Shown piece after piece: positions 59,211-64,000 of a DNA stretch of 64,000 nucleotides (positions within the stretch are counted from its first letter, which is position 1; every line of letters starts with the position of its first letter). The position numbers were made by a program, and so were the translations under genes. The notes under the pieces were generated by a model, which was not told the DNA's origin, did no database searches, and saw only the letters and a list, made by a program, of their open reading frames with translations. This stretch comes from Fistulifera solaris (lineage: Eukaryota). The stretch spans positions 558,001-622,000 of the forward strand of contig AP026147.1 of the NCBI GenBank assembly GCA_030295235.1. The letters run 5' to 3'.

Positions 59211-59566
59211 GCATGATATATTTTTAATCACAGCGGGAAATGAAAGAAAACCACCTGCTATAAGCTAGTATTCTAGTTGCGTATAAGAAGGTGAAACTTT
59301 CTTTCGAGACTCTGGATAGGTGTCATAATATTATCTTTCGTCCGACAATATTCTGCCAGACAGAACTTCTGTGTGATTTCCAGAAATTCTGGAGAAGGTT
59401 TTCACGACTGGCGGTTTTGTCATGCGTCATGCGTCACGAATTCATTCGCCATCATTACTCCGTATTATTTTTCGCGTCTCAGAAAAGGGCATCTCTAGCT
59501 GCGAGCATTGATGCGAATGATGATCAACTATTATTTGTTATTATACTTTTAACAGTAACAATTCTC

Positions 59567-60367
59567 ATGAGCAGCAGCAAAGGACTCTCAAAAGCCGGTC
59601 AAGTTTTCTTCGGAGGCCTTTGTGTCGGAACCTTTGGCTTGGGAACCTGGCAAACGCAACGCTACTTTGAAAAGATTCGTCTCATGGAAGAACGACAGAA
59701 TGATTTACAGAAAGCACCTACAACAACATTCAATTTACAAGAAATACAACAACAAACGAACAACTTTTGTCAACTGCAGCTCCAAGGACGTTACGATCAT
59801 CGACACGAATTTCTGGTAGGCCCGCGCGGTCCTCCTCCTGGTGCTTTGCCCGATACGGCGGGAGGAATCAGTTCCGCACCACAAGGATACTTTGTCATGA
59901 CACCTTTCATACTAAAGAAATCGGGAGAAACGGTAATTGTCAATCGAGGATGGGTTCCACGGGCCATGGTGGTACCCGACCGGCGGCAGTCTAACGCTCC
60001 GAGAAATGATTTGTTGCAATGGGATCGTCCCGACACGGTGACTGACTTGGTGGTGGTTCCGGCTCGTGCCGAAACACCCAAATCGTTGTTGGTCGCACAA
60101 CACGACTTTCAAGCGCAACCCCCACGACTCTTTTGGTACGATCAAGTGGCCATGCAAGCCGCCGCCGGACTCCCCTTGCAACCGCCTTCCTTGATGGTCA
60201 CGGCAATACAGCCCAAAGATCAACCATCTTCTTTGCCGTTACGACCGCCCGTCGAGCATGTGGGAGATTTCAAAGTTACACCCGCCATCCATGTGGGTTA
60301 TGCCGCCACGTGGTACGGTTTGTCGTTGGCGGGGGTGTACATGACGCGGATGCTTCTTCGCAGATGA
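59567..60367 (+). CDS. SURF1: SURF1/Shy1 cytochrome c oxidase assembly factor
   Basis: TFGLGTWQTQR, GYFVMTPF, IVNRGWVP, HVGYAATWYGLS. ATG at 59567. Confidence 0.93.
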   Translation: MSSSKGLSKAGQVFFGGLCVGTFGLGTWQTQRYFEKIRLMEERQNDLQKAPTTTFNLQEIQQQTNNFCQLQLQGRYDHRHEFLVGPRGPPPGALPDTAGGISSAPQGYFVMTPFILKKSGETVIVNRGWVPRAMVVPDRRQSNAPRNDLLQWDRPDTVTDLVVVPARAETPKSLLVAQHDFQAQPPRLFWYDQVAMQAAAGLPLQPPSLMVTAIQPKDQPSSLPLRPPVEHVGDFKVTPAIHVGYAATWYGLSLAGVYMTRMLLRR

Positions 60368-60497
60368 AATCAAATTGAAACAAACGCTGAAGACTAAAAT
60401 GAAAATTTTCTTTTGCTTATGTAGTATTTATGAGTTTCTTTCTTTGATAGCTGCGAACGTTTTTGCATAGAACGAGTGGAATGCACGGAATATGCCC

Positions 60498-61111
60498 TTA
60501 GCCACGCGACGAACTGGTATCTTCTTCCTGATCACGTCGAATACACAAAGCTTCCAATTCTTCCAAATCCAAATTGTATCCCATCATAGCAAAAGCTCTC
60601 TTCCACGAGGATTTCTTTTCGTCCGGTTGATCCATGCGACCTTGCGATTTGCCAAGACAGAACAAGGTCTTGGCCACGCGTTCCGGTGGATCTTCATTTT
60701 GCGTTTGCAATGCAAGACAGGCCGTGTAGGCTTTCCTAGCGCCCGCGAAATCGTCCATCTCTTCACGGATCATGCCCAAAAGAACTGCACTTCGGCCAAT
60801 ACATCGATCGGAAACAGGTCGGGTCCGGTTTGAGACGCGGCAACGAGGTTCACGAGCCAAATGGAGACATACTCCAGCTCGGTACGATCCTTTCGAGTGG
60901 CCAATCCACGGAATACCAGACCACTTTGATCGTCGGTGGTGCGAGGAATGAACCACGTCGCCAACAACTCCAAATCATTCCAATCGAGTGGCGCCGAAAA
61001 GGTTTCGATGAGTTTGATCAGACGATTGGCATCACGAGGAGAGCAACCATTAGTCTTGAAAGAAATTGGTTTCTCGGTCGATCGGGAAAACCACGACTTG
61101 GCTCTGAACAT
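60498..61111 (-). CDS. Hypothetical protein with C-terminal TPR-like repeat
   Basis: MFRAKSWF... joins by an indel near 60780 to LAEVQFFLGMIREEMDDFAGARKAYTACL...VAKTLFCLG (TPR-like). Confidence 0.6.
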
Positions 61112-61848
61112 TGTATGAGGAGCAGAAGAAGATATTGAATGCAGTGAGGGAATAATAAAGACGGAAAATTGTACAAGCTGATGAGAGGGGAAATCACAAT
61201 GCAATTCTTCGATAATCGGCAACAAGCTTCGCCAGCAAACTACAGACACGAAACAAATATTATGTGGCAAGGCGAAGCAGCCTCTTTCGCAGAAAGAGAG
61301 GGGATGTGAGAAAAAAACGATCACCGAAAGGTGCACAACATCAAAAACGCAAGATTCATAAGAGCAAAGATATAGTACTGCCTTGGGCTCTGACTCTGAC
61401 GCGTCTCGATTCTAAATGTTATAGCTTTCTTCAGCGATTGCAAAGCGATTACTTGCAGAATGTGATTGTGAATTGTGACGTTCTTACAAGGTTGCAAGGT
61501 TCAACTTGCAAGCGCAATCTTTCGTCTTCGAACTTCGAATTGCCGAAATGCCGATGGCCACACAATTTTGTGATGGATGCGGTGCTCACAGAAAAGGCGG
61601 GTCGTAAGAATGACTCTTCATGTGTGACTGATTCCGATAAGTAAAAACTGCTCAGCAGACTCAGATTTACCTAATATCATTGAAGATGGAGTTTCGTCAT
61701 GACGAACTGCGGCAATAGATAAGTGGTTGATAACGTCAATCACAATTCCATCTCACTAGTCAAGATGAGGGACGGGTCAACAGCTAAGGCGTGCGTTTCC
61801 GAGAAAAACTTTAACTAGGTCAAGAGGATAGCGGTCAAATTAAAGGCT

Positions 61849-64000
61849 CTAGCTAGATGATAGCCGACTCTGGTAGTTTTCACGACTTGTGTCAACTGCT
61901 CGCAACGACCGCTCGTAAAAGTCGAGATGTGAGTACATCTCTTCACCAGCTGCCTTGAGCAAACGTTTAGCGCTGGGCGGCGATGGGCTAACATGCGCGG
62001 GACTTTTAGCTGCTGTGCGTGCTGGTGATTCGTTGGTTTTCATAGACATGAGCTTCTTCTTGGCAGCAATGCGTTCTCTGAAACGCTGTTTGACCCCATC
62101 TAGTTTCTCCTTATTGATACCGCCACCAGCTAGACTGCCCGTATTCGTAGGGTGCACTGGGTTGGCTCTTTGTTCCGTAAGATTTCTCACCAGTGCCGCA
62201 GAGCGCTCTTTTCCCACCAGGAAATGTGCGGACGAGGGATCGGATTGAAGTTCCATTAGTTTTTGTCGTAAATCATCAAGCTCGCGTTGCCTTTGTTTCT
62301 CTGCCATTCTAGTCTCTTCCTTCACTGCGAGTGCTTCACGAGCTGCTAACTCCGCCCGAATTTCGGCTCTCCTTGCACGGCGGGCCCATTTCTGTTTCTC
62401 AATCTTACTTTGCTCTTCCCAATATTGCGAATCGTAATCGGAGTAGTGAGAACTCTCATAGGATACTATTGACGAAGCACCAGCGTAAGATTCGGATTCA
62501 ATTTTCACCAGTAAAGCCTGGTACCGATTGACAAGCTGTTGTATGCGGTCGCGGACGAGGGAAAACGCCTGTTCGGCCTGCACGAGCTTCTTTGAAATAG
62601 TTTTAACTTCTTCCATAGCCGTCAAGTATTCCATTTCGGCGTCCGTCATTGTATCGAATCCCATGTTGTCGCCTTCCGTATGCAGTAGGTATTCCGCGGC
62701 AATCTGCCTCTTGGTGGCGTTGTTCAGATTGTTTCGTAGTTTCTATTGTAAAGTCAAGGCAAGGAAACGCAAAGGTTAGCTGCAGATCGACAAGGCGCAA
62801 AAAAGTCCAAGCATCACAATGATTCGACATACCTCGCACTGTTCATTCGTAAGTTTCAACAAAATACTCTGGCAATCACCGATGGTAAACATTTCAAATC
62901 CTCTCATGTGACGACCGCCAAGTGAAGGACACCGGTATTGCATAAAGTCCGTCTCGTCTACCCAGTTCACGGGTTCCCATGTGTATCTCCGACTCGACAT
63001 CGAACGCACGCTGGCAATGGGACGGCGAATGAAGTAGGTACTTTCGGCGCGGCGGGTCAAAACAGCCGCGTTGCGGATATCTGTCGGGACAACACCGTCC
63101 CGCCACGCTTTGCTTACAATACAGGCATCTCGGACACGCAGCCCTTTTCGATGATACGGCGTGGTCACAATATCATCACATACGGTCGTGCCACCACGGC
63201 GCTCCAGTCCTCGTTCGATATCTTTTTCCATGATACGGCTACGCATTTCAAAGAGAGCGAAAGCTTTGTTTTCATCGTCCACCCTTTCGAATTCAGCAAT
63301 CGACGCAGTCTGTTCGGCCTCTTGTGATAGACGGCGATACCGCCGGACAAGCTTTTTCATCGAATTCGGAGGAATGTAGTACTCCGATAAATCACCGATA
63401 TAGTCCACTTCGTTAGCATACGGATTTGTAAACAAAGACGACTCTTCATCGCTAGAAAAGCGAGAAATCTCGGCTGCGGACCGCGACGGGGTAATGGTTC
63501 GCGGCGTCGAATTAAAGTTCCCTTGAATACCGTGCAACGAACTATCGGTTGCTTTGCGTCCCTTGGCCACCATTTCGTGAAAACTCGGTACATGAGCAAA
63601 GCCATTGTGATCAATATCACTGTTGGTGAGCTGGTCATCGTAGTCACTGGCTGTTTTTCGGTTCAAGAACCCATCGGCGGATGTTTGAATGGCCGTCAAT
63701 CCACCGCCCAGAGAGATAATGCTAAAATCGTTGGATTCTTCCACCTCTTCGGCAATGCTGATCGGAAACTGTTTTCGGAAAAGGGGGACTCGGTACTGAG
63801 GTCAAATTCCTCCGCGACGCCGTCAAACACGTCCGTCTCCACGTCCGCAGTTTTCCGCCAAGCGTTGGAAAAGGCCGAAGTGGCTTTCGATGAAGTCTCC
63901 GATTCTTCCATTTGATCGGCCAAACAAGGCACTTCGTGTGTCTTGTCAATGAGTCCCAAATATCCCGGAAATGTTCGTACTGGTGGCTCCATACGATGGT
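61849..64000 (-). CDS. Large coiled-coil hypothetical protein, 5'-partial, multi-exon
   Basis: Collinear minus-strand ORFs 63696-63992, 62776-63744 and 61849-62664. Intron ~62746-62831. Gene start lies beyond the window. Confidence 0.7.

Noticed and set aside
59291..59566. N-terminal extension of SURF1 given by the ORF track
   Set aside because: Begins at GTG and has promoter/UTR-like composition. ATG 59567 gives a normal-length protein.
2000..63750. Programmed ribosomal frameshifting or RNA editing as the cause of split ORFs
   Set aside because: Breaks occur at heterogeneous homopolymers, in both directions, with no shared slippery motif or downstream structure. Sequencing error is far more parsimonious.
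114..63949. Numerous antisense and nested ORFs of 60-190 aa overlapping recognised genes
   Set aside because: Expected shadow ORFs of coding DNA at this GC content. None shows independent domain signatures.

Overview
Gene-dense eukaryotic nuclear DNA, almost certainly a pennate diatom. Supporting signs are short GT-AG introns, bipartite plastid-targeting presequences of the 'AF' type, a DUF6824 protein, and a member of a hypothetical-protein family I associate with Fistulifera; the genus call is inference. About 35 protein-coding loci are visible. They include a plastid omega-3/delta-12-type desaturase, a bile acid:Na+ symporter, CLPTM1, an OS-9/ERLEC1 lectin, three tandem SufE paralogs (one a SufE-BolA fusion), an RlmL-like methyltransferase, Ulp1, a SWIB/BAF60-like protein, EB1 and SURF1. 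Many genes are split by single-base indels at homopolymers, most likely assembly errors. Mobile and repetitive DNA includes: (i) a complete 2.75-kb Tc1/mariner DD39D element with 30-bp TIRs and TA target duplication, encoding an unusually long (~760 aa reconstructed) transposase; (ii) a 1.02-kb non-autonomous PIF/Harbinger-like element with 18-bp TIRs and a TCA duplication; (iii) a dispersed ~53-bp composite element (TCATGACTG..CAGTC..GTAAACCAACACT..TATAGT) found about 8-10 times, typically a few hundred bp upstream of genes. A variant of element (iii) is amplified into a 9-copy satellite with higher-order structure at 55.4-56.1 kb. No rRNA, tRNA or CRISPR array was recognised.
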